Below, one piece after another: positions 1-9,152 of a DNA stretch of 33,129 bases (within the stretch, counting starts at the first letter, position 1; each line of letters begins with the position of its first letter). Source of the DNA: a virus (lineage: Duplodnaviria > Caudoviricetes); the IMG/VR virus record IMGVR_UViG_3300013767_000192, positions 1 through 33,129 of that record, one strand, 5' to 3'. Position numbers and translations under genes: made by a program. The notes under the pieces were generated by a model. It was not told where the DNA came from and ran no database searches. It saw only the letters and a list, made by a program, of their open reading frames with translations.

Positions 1-663
1 TTACATCGCGTAGACGATGAGGAAGAAGTCCATCGGGAAGGTCGCGGTCGTCGAGAACGAGGTCTCGTAGGTCTGGACGCGAACGACGTTGTTGGAAATG
101 CCGATCGCCGAGGCGAACACACCGTTGCCAGTGATGGCGCCGCATGCGATCGGGATCAGCGTCGCGTAGTTTCCCGCGGCGGCGAGCTGCAGCGTGATGT
201 CGTAGGTCCCATTATTGCCGCCGTACCACTTGATGCTCTGGATTCCGAATCCGACCACCACCGTTCCGTTGCCGGCGATGTGTGCGAGCGCGATCGGGCA
301 GGCGTCGCCGTAGAGCAGGCCCTTCTGAACCGCCGTGCCCGGAACGGCAGCCGACAGCGCGCGTGCGCCAACAGCGACTGAACCGCCCGCCGAGACGTTG
401 CCGCTGGCGGCGACGCTGCCGCCAGCCGAGAGTGCCGCGCACTGCACGGCGCCGCCGATGTTGGCGGCGCCGGTGAGCGATAGCCCACCTGCGGGCGGCG
501 CTGCCGCATTGCCACCAACGCCGTCGACGATCAAGCCGGCGAATGAGTACTTGCCCAGGAACGCCTTGTTGATCGCGTCCTGAATCGCGTTGAGGTCGCT
601 CGCCTTGATCGCCGGCGTCGAACCGGGAAGGTACGTGGTCAGCGGCGTGATGGGCCAGGCCAT
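1..663 (-). CDS. Short tail fibre / receptor-binding protein (220 aa)
   Basis: ATG at 663 (MAWPITPLTTY); N-terminal IKASDLNAIQDAI resembles fibre attachment segments; Gly/Ala-rich shaft; beta-rich C-terminus; follows baseplate genes. Confidence 0.7.
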   Translation of the reverse strand: MAWPITPLTTYLPGSTPAIKASDLNAIQDAINKAFLGKYSFAGLIVDGVGGNAAAPPAGGLSLTGAANIGGAVQCAALSAGGSVAASGNVSAGGSVAVGARALSAAVPGTAVQKGLLYGDACPIALAHIAGNGTVVVGFGIQSIKWYGGNNGTYDITLQLAAAGNYATLIPIACGAITGNGVFASAIGISNNVVRVQTYETSFSTTATFPMDFFLIVYAM

Positions 664-665
664 GA

Positions 666-902
666 TCAGATCCGCACGAACAGCTGCAGCATGCCGGGCG
701 CCTTGGCGAGCGCGGGCAGGATGGCGGCGCGGCATTCATCGAGCACGCGCGCGACCAGCGCTGACGAGGTCTCGTCGGGCAGGTGCGCGCCGCTCGCGGC
801 CGCGTACGTGATCGCCGCCGCGAATGCCCGCGCCGCGCGCGCCAGCTCGAGGAGCGCGTCCTCGTAGAGCCGCTGGTCGATCTCATCCGGGCAAGCAGCC
901 AT
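666..902 (-). CDS. Small hypothetical helical protein (start 902 or 923)
   Basis: Fills the gap between the gp48-like and fibre genes; protein-like Ala/Leu composition. Confidence 0.45.
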   Translation of the reverse strand: MAACPDEIDQRLYEDALLELARAARAFAAAITYAAASGAHLPDETSSALVARVLDECRAAILPALAKAPGMLQLFVRI

Positions 903-1848
903 CGGGCACCGAGTTCGGGTCATCGGGAATGGCGAGCAGGCTGGTCAGGAGCACGCCGTTGGTGTGCGCGTGCTCAATGCGCGAAATCGCCGTGCGCGCA
1001 CCCTCGCGATCGGCGGGCGCACCGTTCTTGCCGGCGAGCGCCGGATCCAGAAACGCGCCCCAAGTGCACAGATCTTTCGATAGCCCGTCTCGGCCGGCGC
1101 CTTCGACGAACACCGACCAGCTCGCGATCGGCGGCGTGGTCGTGGCACCAGAAAGCGAGACGACAACGACGGTCCACGTCCCAAGACAGCGCTCGCCCAC
1201 GAGCTCGAGCGAGTAGAGGCGGAGCTTGAGCGAAGGCCGGCCGAGCGTGGTCGACGCCCAGCTCTGGTACCTGCCGCTCGGCGAGGCGAGATAGATCACG
1301 AACGGCGCAGAAGGTAGTGCGCCGAGCTGGAGATCGACCTGCACGCCCGCGCGACCGACTGTACCGCCGTCCGAGACGTAGACGCTTGCGACTGCCCAGA
1401 CCGACGGCGGATACGACTTCCCGTCGGTGTAGCTGTGGGCCGCGCGCATCTTGGCCCGGTCCGTCTCGACGACGACGAGCTTGCCAGCGTCGACGTAGCC
1501 GAGCAGCGCGGCCAAGATCGCGCGCGTGTTGCCGAGCGTGAAGGCGCCGAACTCCCTCAGCTTGGCGACGACGGCGCCTTGCCGCTGCGCGACCGTTCCA
1601 TAGCGCGCGGTGTAGCTCGAGGCGATGGCGAGCGCGTTCTCCCAATCGGAGAGCTTGTCGACGGCCGTGGCCGGATTCATCTCGTGGCGGAGCCGATCGA
1701 CGATGTCGTAGCCGAAGGTCTTCACTGCCTCGGCGAGCCCGTCGAGAAACCGGCTCACCTTCGACCTCGGCGTGTACCAGTCGTAGAGGTGCCCCGGTGG
1801 AAAGAGCTGGAGCAAGATCCCGCGCACGTCTTTGATGGAGAGCGCCAT
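883..1848 (-). CDS. Baseplate wedge protein, Mu gp48/YmfQ (DUF2313)-like, with inserted P-domain-like module
   Basis: LLQLFPPG...EMNPATAVDKLSDWENALAI...RQGAVVAKL and C-terminal EHAHT match the gp48 pattern; directly after baseplate J. Confidence 0.8.
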   Translation of the reverse strand: MALSIKDVRGILLQLFPPGHLYDWYTPRSKVSRFLDGLAEAVKTFGYDIVDRLRHEMNPATAVDKLSDWENALAIASSYTARYGTVAQRQGAVVAKLREFGAFTLGNTRAILAALLGYVDAGKLVVVETDRAKMRAAHSYTDGKSYPPSVWAVASVYVSDGGTVGRAGVQVDLQLGALPSAPFVIYLASPSGRYQSWASTTLGRPSLKLRLYSLELVGERCLGTWTVVVVSLSGATTTPPIASWSVFVEGAGRDGLSKDLCTWGAFLDPALAGKNGAPADREGARTAISRIEHAHTNGVLLTSLLAIPDDPNSVPDGCLPG

Positions 1849-1851
1849 AGG

Positions 1852-3351
1852 TCAGTCGGTGATGGCAATCGTGTGGACGATGAGGAGCTCGGGCGGATCG
1901 CCGGTCGTGTCCGTTGCCTCGCGGTCCTGCGCCTGGCCGTCGATGGTCACACCGCCTGGGATGACGTTGCGGCAGAGCGGCGTGCCGCTCTCGTCCTTGA
2001 GATCGAGCGCAAGCTGGATGAGTCGCGCGATCGAGCACGCGTCGTCCCACGGATCGTTCGGATCAGCGTAGCCCGACTGCCGCGACGGACCGAGCGCGTC
2101 GACGTAGCGGCGGGCCGCATTCGCGATCGGAGCCACGACCGGCCCACCGGCAAACACCGCGTCGCCTACATTAATGATGCCCGTCGCCGGGCCCGCCTGA
2201 ACAGTAAGGACCGCTCCCGCCGCCGCCGTGCAGGACAGTAAGAGTGGCGTGGGCTGTGCCGCCGCACCGGATGCGATCACCTGCACGAGCGGCCATTCGG
2301 CCGACAGTCCGGCTTGAGCGCGATTGATGGCGGCGACCAGATCGGCGGGCGCGCCTTGGTTGAGCGTCAGCGTCGCCGGCGCGGCGCCAGGCGGCGCGTA
2401 CGCGGTCACGCTGTAGCTGGCGCCCGCCGAGCTCCAGTGGAAGGCGAACTTCGGCGATGGGATCACCCGAATGCGGATCGCGATTCCCGGCGCAACGGTC
2501 CGCGGCAAGAGCGTCTGATAGCCCTCGACAGTGACCGAGCGCACCGAGCCGACGTACGCATCGACTGCCGTCTGCACCGCGGCCGACGGCACGCGCGCGG
2601 CGCCGCTGCCCGCGGTCGCAATGACGACGTGCACCGTGTCCGTGCCGCCCCGCAGTGGATAGACGTACGCGCGAAAGACCCCGTCCACCGACTGCGCCCA
2701 GGAACGGAAGTCGCCGGCCGTGCCGCCCTTGGGCGGACGCTGCATCCTGTCGAGCGTGCGCTGGAGCAGGGCCGCGTCGGATTCTCCATCGAGCGCGCCG
2801 CGCAGCGGTGAGGTCAGCGTGACGGTCGAGTCGGCGCCGCTCGGCGGCGATTGCCAGGTGAGAACCGTGCCGACGGGGAGGTTGCCGGCGCTCCCCGGTG
2901 TGACCGCGATGAACTTCCCGACGACCGATCCGGCGCCAGGCGGCGCGCCCGCGATCGTGACCGCGCCACTGAGCGCGACCTCGGTCTGCCCGTCGGGCGC
3001 CGTCAGGAGCGCGCCGTCGGGAAAGGCGGTGCCGAGCGTGCCCGTGCACAGTCCCTGGCCTCCCGTGGCGAGCGTCGGGCCCTTCGCACCGAAGTCACCG
3101 GACGTGTCCGAAGGCACGCCGAAGACGAACGCCCAGCCGCGCAGTCCATCTGACGAAGTCCTTCGCGACGGCGGCGAGTCGGCATCGACCGCCGCGACCG
3201 CGCGCAAGAGGCCAAAGATGGCCATCCCGACTGCACGTGCCGTCTTTCCCAAGAATGATTCCGGGTGATCATCCTTGCCCGGAAACCGATTCCGGAAGAA
3301 GGCGAGGATCTGCTGCCAGAGCGAATCGTAATCTGGCAACGAGAGCGGCAT
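1852..3351 (-). CDS. Baseplate J-like protein (Mu gp47-like)
   Basis: AVTPGSAGN, GALDGESDAALLQR, PPKGGTAGDFRSWAQSVDGVFRAYVYPLRGGTDTVHV are typical Baseplate_J motifs. Confidence 0.93.
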   Translation of the reverse strand: MPLSLPDYDSLWQQILAFFRNRFPGKDDHPESFLGKTARAVGMAIFGLLRAVAAVDADSPPSRRTSSDGLRGWAFVFGVPSDTSGDFGAKGPTLATGGQGLCTGTLGTAFPDGALLTAPDGQTEVALSGAVTIAGAPPGAGSVVGKFIAVTPGSAGNLPVGTVLTWQSPPSGADSTVTLTSPLRGALDGESDAALLQRTLDRMQRPPKGGTAGDFRSWAQSVDGVFRAYVYPLRGGTDTVHVVIATAGSGAARVPSAAVQTAVDAYVGSVRSVTVEGYQTLLPRTVAPGIAIRIRVIPSPKFAFHWSSAGASYSVTAYAPPGAAPATLTLNQGAPADLVAAINRAQAGLSAEWPLVQVIASGAAAQPTPLLLSCTAAAGAVLTVQAGPATGIINVGDAVFAGGPVVAPIANAARRYVDALGPSRQSGYADPNDPWDDACSIARLIQLALDLKDESGTPLCRNVIPGGVTIDGQAQDREATDTTGDPPELLIVHTIAITD

Positions 3352-3372
3352 CGAGTGATCGGCAAAAAGAGA

Positions 3373-3771
3373 TCAGTACGAGACCGGCGGGATGCGGACC
3401 GAGGCTGAGCGCCCGTCGCGAGTGCGCCAGCGAATCTCGAAGGCGTAGCGGCCAGGCTGGACGCGCTCGGCGGTCACCGTGAGATCGCAAAGACGACCAT
3501 CCGCGACGGCGGGCGCGAGCGCCTCCTCGAGGCGCGCGATCAACTCCGACTGCGTCGTGCGCGTGTCGTTGCGGAGCGTGTTGAGGCGCGAGCCGCGCTT
3601 GCCGGTCTGATCTGCCCACCAGCGGCCCTGCCACTCGAGCACGAGCGACAGGACCGTGTGCGTCTCGGTGTCGTCGAAGGTCGGGTTCGGGCCGTCCCAG
3701 TCGAGATCGAACCGGCCGTTCGCCGGATTGCGAACGAGCGCGACATCGCCGCCGTCGTCGGAGAGTGGCAT
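3373..3771 (-). CDS. Baseplate protein, Mu gp46-like
   Basis: VLSL...RWWAD...GSRL...EEALAPAVADG pattern; lies between spike and J genes. Confidence 0.88.
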   Translation of the reverse strand: MPLSDDGGDVALVRNPANGRFDLDWDGPNPTFDDTETHTVLSLVLEWQGRWWADQTGKRGSRLNTLRNDTRTTQSELIARLEEALAPAVADGRLCDLTVTAERVQPGRYAFEIRWRTRDGRSASVRIPPVSY

Positions 3772-3774
3772 GGC

Positions 3775-4404
3775 TCAGCCCGTCTTGGTCTTGTCGCTCG
3801 CGGACGAGATCTTGCCCTTGAGCGGGATGTTGATCGTCGGCGGCGTCGGCGCCGGCACCGTGCCGCCCGGCGGGATGTAGCTCAAGACCGCGGCGGTCGT
3901 GCCGGCGTTCGGCGTGAACACCAGCGTCCCGCAGTCGACCTCGTCGTTGAGACGGGCGACGCCGCGGTCGCCGCCCTGCAGGCTCACGATCTTGCCGTCG
4001 GCCGAGCGCGCGTCGATGTTGCCGTTTTGATCGAGCCGCATCTCGACGCCGGCGACGCTATTGAAGAGCGCAACCTCGCCGTCTTGTAGATCGCCCGGTC
4101 CGTAGCGTCGCGAGTCCTCGGCGACGGTGACGTTGTTGGTGGGCCCGCCGGTGGCCGCGACGCGCACCGCCCAGACGTCCTTTGGCGGCCGCGAGCGGAA
4201 GCCGAAGTGCTGCATGCGCCGCACCTCGTAGTCGTACGCCTCCTCCCCTACCCCCTCGGTCCAGTAGCCGGCGACCTTGTCGTGCTCGCCCGAGCTGGTC
4301 GAGCGCGTGAACTGGGTGAACTGGATCGCGTTCGCCACGACCTGCCGAGCGTACTCGCGCAATTCGTCGCGCAGGCGGCGCGCCAGCTCGAAGAAGTCGA
4401 CCAT
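3775..4404 (-). CDS. Baseplate spike / assembly protein V (Mu gp45-like)
   Basis: MQHFGFRSRPP, DLQDGEVALFN, VARLNDEV motifs; synteny. Confidence 0.88.
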   Translation of the reverse strand: MVDFFELARRLRDELREYARQVVANAIQFTQFTRSTSSGEHDKVAGYWTEGVGEEAYDYEVRRMQHFGFRSRPPKDVWAVRVAATGGPTNNVTVAEDSRRYGPGDLQDGEVALFNSVAGVEMRLDQNGNIDARSADGKIVSLQGGDRGVARLNDEVDCGTLVFTPNAGTTAAVLSYIPPGGTVPAPTPPTINIPLKGKISSASDKTKTG

Positions 4405-4406
4405 CG

Positions 4407-5564
4407 TTATGCTCGGAGCAGGTTTGCCTTACGGAATGTGAGCGTCGTCGTCTGCCCCGGCGGATCAGCTCGCCCGGCGTAGCGCACGGCGCTGACGTAG
4501 TAGGCGCCTTCGACTCCGTTCACGGTGTCGTGGAGATCGGCGCCGGTGTCCGGCTCGAAGAAGACGCCGTTCTGGACGTGACCCATCACCTGGCAGGTGT
4601 ACTGCCAGGCGTCGAAGAGGCCGCGCTCGGCCTTCCAGCGCGCGCGGCCGGTCGCCTGCTGCTTCGTCAGCTGATCGCCGTCGGAGAACGTGAACCGCCG
4701 CGCGAACGGCAGCGGTCGTGCATTCGCCGGAGCGCGATACGTGCCGCGGAAGCGCCCCTCGTTCGGGTTGGTCGCGCTCACCATGTTCGGCGGCAGCACG
4801 ACCGTGCCGACGCAGATCACGTCCGTGTAGAGGCTGTCGATGGCTTCGTAGAGCGTCGCGCGCTCGATGTTGTTGCGCGACCTCTGCGCCGGCTCGGCGT
4901 GCAGATGGAACGAGTACAGAGACGTCGGGTTCGACTGCGGCGACCAGATTTGGAGATACCCATCCGAGGAGACGTTGACGAGCTGGCGCGCGCGACGAGC
5001 GTAGAGGATCAGGAGATCCGCGATCATCTCGCCAGGCTCAACCTGGATCGGCGGGATGAGCGCGCTGATGGATCCCGAGATCGCCTGTACGGCGCCCGCG
5101 CGCCCGAGCTTGAGCGCGCGGTTGGTGTCGTTGTCGGTGCGGACGCCCGCGAATCCCCACGAATCGTCGAGCACGCGCTCGAGCAGCGTCGTGAAGCGGA
5201 TCCCGCGTAGGCGAAACCAGAGCGGCGCGGCGTTGTTGAGGAGGTGCCAGCCGAGGTCGGCACCACCGATCGTGAGCATCGTGCCCGCGTCGGGCGTGCA
5301 CTCCACCTGGCGCGTGGTAACGAGGCCCTTGAGCTTGCGCGTCTTGCGCCCGCCGCTCACGTCGGGATGCGCGATGTATAGCTCGAGCGGATCGCCGAGC
5401 TTGATCTTGCCGTTCAGCTTGCCATCCGGATTCGGAATGCGCACCGAGCAGGGATCGCCAAGCTGCAGCACGTCGGTGTCGTAGGCGTACTCGGCGATCT
5501 TGGTGTACTCGTTGCCGGCGATCACCACCGAGACCGAGGCGAGACGCTGCGCCAACGTGGCCAT
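4407..5564 (-). CDS. Baseplate hub protein (Mu gpP/gp44-like)
   Basis: 385 aa; IQVEPGE, SSDGYL, YYVSAVRY...TTTLT; lies between N-like and spike genes. Confidence 0.82.
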   Translation of the reverse strand: MATLAQRLASVSVVIAGNEYTKIAEYAYDTDVLQLGDPCSVRIPNPDGKLNGKIKLGDPLELYIAHPDVSGGRKTRKLKGLVTTRQVECTPDAGTMLTIGGADLGWHLLNNAAPLWFRLRGIRFTTLLERVLDDSWGFAGVRTDNDTNRALKLGRAGAVQAISGSISALIPPIQVEPGEMIADLLILYARRARQLVNVSSDGYLQIWSPQSNPTSLYSFHLHAEPAQRSRNNIERATLYEAIDSLYTDVICVGTVVLPPNMVSATNPNEGRFRGTYRAPANARPLPFARRFTFSDGDQLTKQQATGRARWKAERGLFDAWQYTCQVMGHVQNGVFFEPDTGADLHDTVNGVEGAYYVSAVRYAGRADPPGQTTTLTFRKANLLRA

Positions 5565-5579
5565 CGTCGTGGTCCGCGA

Positions 5580-6518
5580 TCATGGCAGCGTGAAGGTGGC
5601 CGGCGCCATCGTCAGCATGGTGCCCGCCGCGATCGCCGCCGGGTTCGGGATGAGACCAGGGTTGTTGGCCAAGATCTCGTCGATCCGAGACAGGCCATCC
5701 GGCCCGTAGAACTTCACTGCCAGCACCGCGATGTGCGTCGTCGACGGCACGACGTAGACGACTGGCGCGGCGGCAGAAAGGACGGCGCCTTCGAGCTGTA
5801 TGCAGTCGTCGTAGAGCTGCTCGATGAGCGCGATCAGATCGAACCGCGTGGCGTCGCTGCCCGTCGTCGAGTCTGCACGAATGGCGTCGCGCACGGAGAC
5901 GGCTCCAAGCTCGACTTGCGCGAGCTGCGACTCGAGCAGCCGCCCGTAGCTCAGCGCCTCCTCGGTCGTATTCACTGCTGCCTGCGCGTAGCCGAGCGCG
6001 GTCGTCACGAACCGGAGAACGTTGGCGCGGACCGGGCCCTGCGCGGGCGCACGTTGAAGCAGCGCTGCGCCGTGCGCTTGTGCCTGCTGCCGGATCGCCG
6101 CAGCGCCGGCGCTCGCCTTCGATTGAACCGCCGCGCCGAGCTGGTTCTCGATGAACGTCAGCGGGACAATGTAGAGGTTCGCGGCAAACTCGACGTTCAT
6201 CGTTGCTTCGAGAAAACCTTCGCACACCGCCGGCATCTGGCCATAGACGGGATGGACCAGGAGACCCGACGGATCTTGGTCGAGCGATGCCGCCAGCGGC
6301 AGCCAGTCGGTACGCCAGCTCGGCCCAGCGTACGCGAGCGTCGCCTTCACCTGGTGCGGCTTCCGGCCGAGCAGCTCGACCTCAGCGCCGTTCATCTTGA
6401 TGAACCGGTGCGGCGCGAGCGACTGCTGGCGCGTGTCTTTCCACTCGGTGAGGTTCTTCGAGAGATCGATGCCCTTGAAGGAGCAGCCCTGAAAGCCTTT
6501 GACGATTGATTGGGCCAT
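5580..6518 (-). CDS. DNA circularisation protein N-like tail protein with C-terminal LysM/tail-X-like segment
   Basis: CSFKGI, VELLGRK, GLLVHPVYG N-terminal motif; C-terminal LAVKFYG...EILANNPGLIPNPAAIAAGTML. Confidence 0.85.
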   Translation of the reverse strand: MAQSIVKGFQGCSFKGIDLSKNLTEWKDTRQQSLAPHRFIKMNGAEVELLGRKPHQVKATLAYAGPSWRTDWLPLAASLDQDPSGLLVHPVYGQMPAVCEGFLEATMNVEFAANLYIVPLTFIENQLGAAVQSKASAGAAAIRQQAQAHGAALLQRAPAQGPVRANVLRFVTTALGYAQAAVNTTEEALSYGRLLESQLAQVELGAVSVRDAIRADSTTGSDATRFDLIALIEQLYDDCIQLEGAVLSAAAPVVYVVPSTTHIAVLAVKFYGPDGLSRIDEILANNPGLIPNPAAIAAGTMLTMAPATFTLP

Positions 6519-6566
6519 CGTCGATTTTGCGTTCCATCCCGTCGCGCGTCGAGGTGGACGTCACGC

Positions 6567-7151
6567 ATGTCCAGACAAACACGCGCTCGGATCTGCGGCT
6601 TGCTTCTCCTGACCTTCGCGCTCGGCTGCGGTCGACAGAGCGCCAAATACGAAACAGCGAAAGATCGAGAGATCCAGCTCGCAAACGATCTGAAGATCAG
6701 CGCATCGAAGTTCCTGTCCGAGAACCCGATACCCATCGACGCCTACGTCAACGCCGTGGGCTGCGTCGATCGTTGCTACGCGCAGGCGTGGGACCAGATG
6801 GACGGCTTGACCGAGATGCGCGCCGACGAGCCGCACTTCAACCAGGCAGTGCTCGAGCTCATCGAGGAGCAGGGACGAAGGTGCAGCGCTCGCTGCGCGC
6901 CGCGCGGGAAGCGTGACGGCTGCGCGGCGATCGCGACCTCCTACGACAACTGCGACGGTGAGGCGCTCGGTGCGCTGCACCCCTGTGACACGATGAGCTG
7001 GCTGAAGGCTCGCCAATGCTGCTCGGACCGCGTGCTCTCGGGTCCGATCTGCGATGCGGCGAGCGGGACGCTCCCGGGCTACGCGGCGATCCTTCCGCAT
7101 CTTCCGTCGATGGTCCTCACCGCCCTTCGCCACCACACGCCGAACGAGTGA
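6567..7151 (+). CDS. Cys-rich lipoprotein, antisense accessory gene (194 aa)
   Basis: GAGGTGG at 6551-6557, ATG 6567; basic N-terminus, hydrophobic stretch and lipobox FALG-C; 10 further Cys; fills the gap between tape measure and N-like genes. Confidence 0.78.
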   Translation: MSRQTRARICGLLLLTFALGCGRQSAKYETAKDREIQLANDLKISASKFLSENPIPIDAYVNAVGCVDRCYAQAWDQMDGLTEMRADEPHFNQAVLELIEEQGRRCSARCAPRGKRDGCAAIATSYDNCDGEALGALHPCDTMSWLKARQCCSDRVLSGPICDAASGTLPGYAAILPHLPSMVLTALRHHTPNE

Positions 7152-8969
7152 CTATTGATGGGCGCCCCGTTGCCTCGCGACCACGCGGTGTGGACTGCCA
7201 GTATCGTCCTGTAGCTGGAGTTGCACGTTGAGCTGCACGTCCTTGAGCGCGTCCCTGAGCGCTGCCGCCAACGCGGGCGCCTGCTCTGCGAGCCCGGGAG
7301 GTACCGCGCCGTTCGCCGCGCCGGAGGCGACTAGCTGCAGCGCCGGATCTTGCGCAATCTCTCCCATGAGGCGCGGCCCGAGCTCGCGCCGGTAGCGCTC
7401 AGGCGAGAAGCCACCGGCTCCTTCGCCTGATGACCGCTCGGCCGCGCGCAGGATCGCGTAGACGCGACCGACGCGCGCCTTTTCCAGTTGCTGCTCGAGT
7501 TGATTTCTCTGCGCGCCGATGGTCTCGTTGAACTTGTCGAGCCCCGTCAGCTTGATGCCACCGTAGGTGGTGAGCGCGCTCAAGGCGAGCGCGCCCGTGG
7601 CGATGCTGCCAGCCGATCCGGATAGCAACCAGCGGAACGCACCGGCACCGAGCCGCGCAGCCGGCGAGATCTTCGACAACGCGCCGCCGCCGATCGCCAG
7701 TCCTTCACCACCTCCGAGCGCGCCAGCAGCAGCTTGCATCAGCTTCGGCGTGAATAGCCACTTGAGCCCCGAGGCACCCATCTCGAGACCCGTGAGCATC
7801 GCCAGATGCCCGAGAATCGGATGCCCCTCGAACAGCGATCCGAATGAATCTTGAATGCGCGCGAGAAGGCTGCCCGCGTCGTCGCGCTTCTCCTGCTCGA
7901 TGCGGTGTCGCCGCGCGATTGCTTGACCAGGATCACTCTGCCGATACACGCGCGCCCGATCGGCCGCCGTGGTCGACAGCCGCGCTTCGGCGGCGGCGCG
8001 CGCCGCCTCGGGATCGTACCCCATGATCGCCGCCGCCCCTTCGGGGCCGAAGTTCTGCGGCTGGCTGAGCACCTCGCGCGCGCGTAGGCCCCAGCGCTTA
8101 ACGGCCATCTGCTGCACGCGCTGGAGGAGCGCCGGAAAGTCTCGCACCTTGCCTTGTTCGTCGTAAAATTGCTCGAAGTTCACGCCGAGCTGCCGGCGCA
8201 GACCCTCGGTGTCCGAGAAGATGCGGCCGACAATGCGCTGCTGGACGCGCTCCTGCTGCTTGGCAGGCAGCCCGCGGCCGATCTCGGCGATCGATCCCGT
8301 AATGCTCGCGAAGTCGGAGCGGGTCTTGATCGAGACCTGCGAGATGGTCGCACCGAGGCTCGCGATCTCCGTCTGGAGCGCCGCCGGCCCACCCGAAGTG
8401 CCGAGCTTCTCGGCCGCAGCATCGATACGGCCGAGCGCATCGGGGATGTCATCGAAGCTCTGGCCGAGCTCGTTGTGGAGCGCCTCGCCGATCGGCGCCA
8501 TCTGGTCGAGCGATCGATTGGTGAGGAGCGCCTCGTTGCCGAGCGCCTCGATCGCGCGTGAAGAGTCGCTCGCATCGTAGGTCGCGATCTGCATCCCGCG
8601 GCTAAAGCGAGAAACCGCCTCGTCGGAGATCGCCAATCGGTCGCCGACGGTCTTGTATTTCTGCCCCAGCGCATCGAAGCTCTGCCCCGTCGACGCGGCC
8701 GTGCGCGCAACCTCCTCGCGGTAGCGGACGAATCGCGCCACCGAGGCAGCGAGGTCGACGGTGCCGAGCGCGGTAGCGACGCGTGCAACGTCCATCGCCA
8801 CGTTGGCGAACACGCGACCGGTCTCCGAGGCAACCGCGCCGAGCTTGGCGTGCACGCTCTGCGCCACCCGATCGATCGGCCCGAGGATGCGATCGGCCGC
8901 CGTCGCGACGTCGTCATCGACCTCGAGGCCAACGCGTACCGTCGCGTCTTTGGTGATCCCACCGCCCAT
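7152..8969 (-). CDS. Tail tape measure protein (605 aa)
   Basis: Long Ala-rich helical protein with hydrophobic Gly-rich segments, immediately after the chaperone gene. Confidence 0.85.
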   Translation of the reverse strand: MGGGITKDATVRVGLEVDDDVATAADRILGPIDRVAQSVHAKLGAVASETGRVFANVAMDVARVATALGTVDLAASVARFVRYREEVARTAASTGQSFDALGQKYKTVGDRLAISDEAVSRFSRGMQIATYDASDSSRAIEALGNEALLTNRSLDQMAPIGEALHNELGQSFDDIPDALGRIDAAAEKLGTSGGPAALQTEIASLGATISQVSIKTRSDFASITGSIAEIGRGLPAKQQERVQQRIVGRIFSDTEGLRRQLGVNFEQFYDEQGKVRDFPALLQRVQQMAVKRWGLRAREVLSQPQNFGPEGAAAIMGYDPEAARAAAEARLSTTAADRARVYRQSDPGQAIARRHRIEQEKRDDAGSLLARIQDSFGSLFEGHPILGHLAMLTGLEMGASGLKWLFTPKLMQAAAGALGGGEGLAIGGGALSKISPAARLGAGAFRWLLSGSAGSIATGALALSALTTYGGIKLTGLDKFNETIGAQRNQLEQQLEKARVGRVYAILRAAERSSGEGAGGFSPERYRRELGPRLMGEIAQDPALQLVASGAANGAVPPGLAEQAPALAAALRDALKDVQLNVQLQLQDDTGSPHRVVARQRGAHQ

Positions 8970-8972
8970 GGT

Positions 8973-9152
8973 CTACTCGTCGTCGTCTTCGCGCCGCGCG
9001 CGAGTCAGAATTCGGTGCGCCGCAATCACGCAGGCGCGCCAGCGCCAGAGGTCTGCGTCGGCGACCTGCCAAAGCGTGCGGCCAAAGAAGGCAGCGCCCG
9101 ACGGATCGTCAAGTATCCGTAGGAGGTGAGCAGGTCGCCGAACGAGTTTTTT
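8973..9152 (-). other. -1 programmed frameshift site and extension of the tail chaperone (GT-like product)
   Basis: In-frame A AAA AAC at 9152-9146; -1 frame open to TAG at 8975-8973, 3 nt before the tape measure ATG. Confidence 0.85.

Noticed and set aside
1-663. Diversity-generating retroelement target or invertible fibre cassette
   Set aside because: No reverse transcriptase, template repeat or invertase in the window; sequence left of position 1 cannot be assessed.
6499-6527. Promoter for the lipoprotein gene (TTGACG-N17-CGATTT)
   Set aside because: The -10 match is too weak and lies largely within a coding region.
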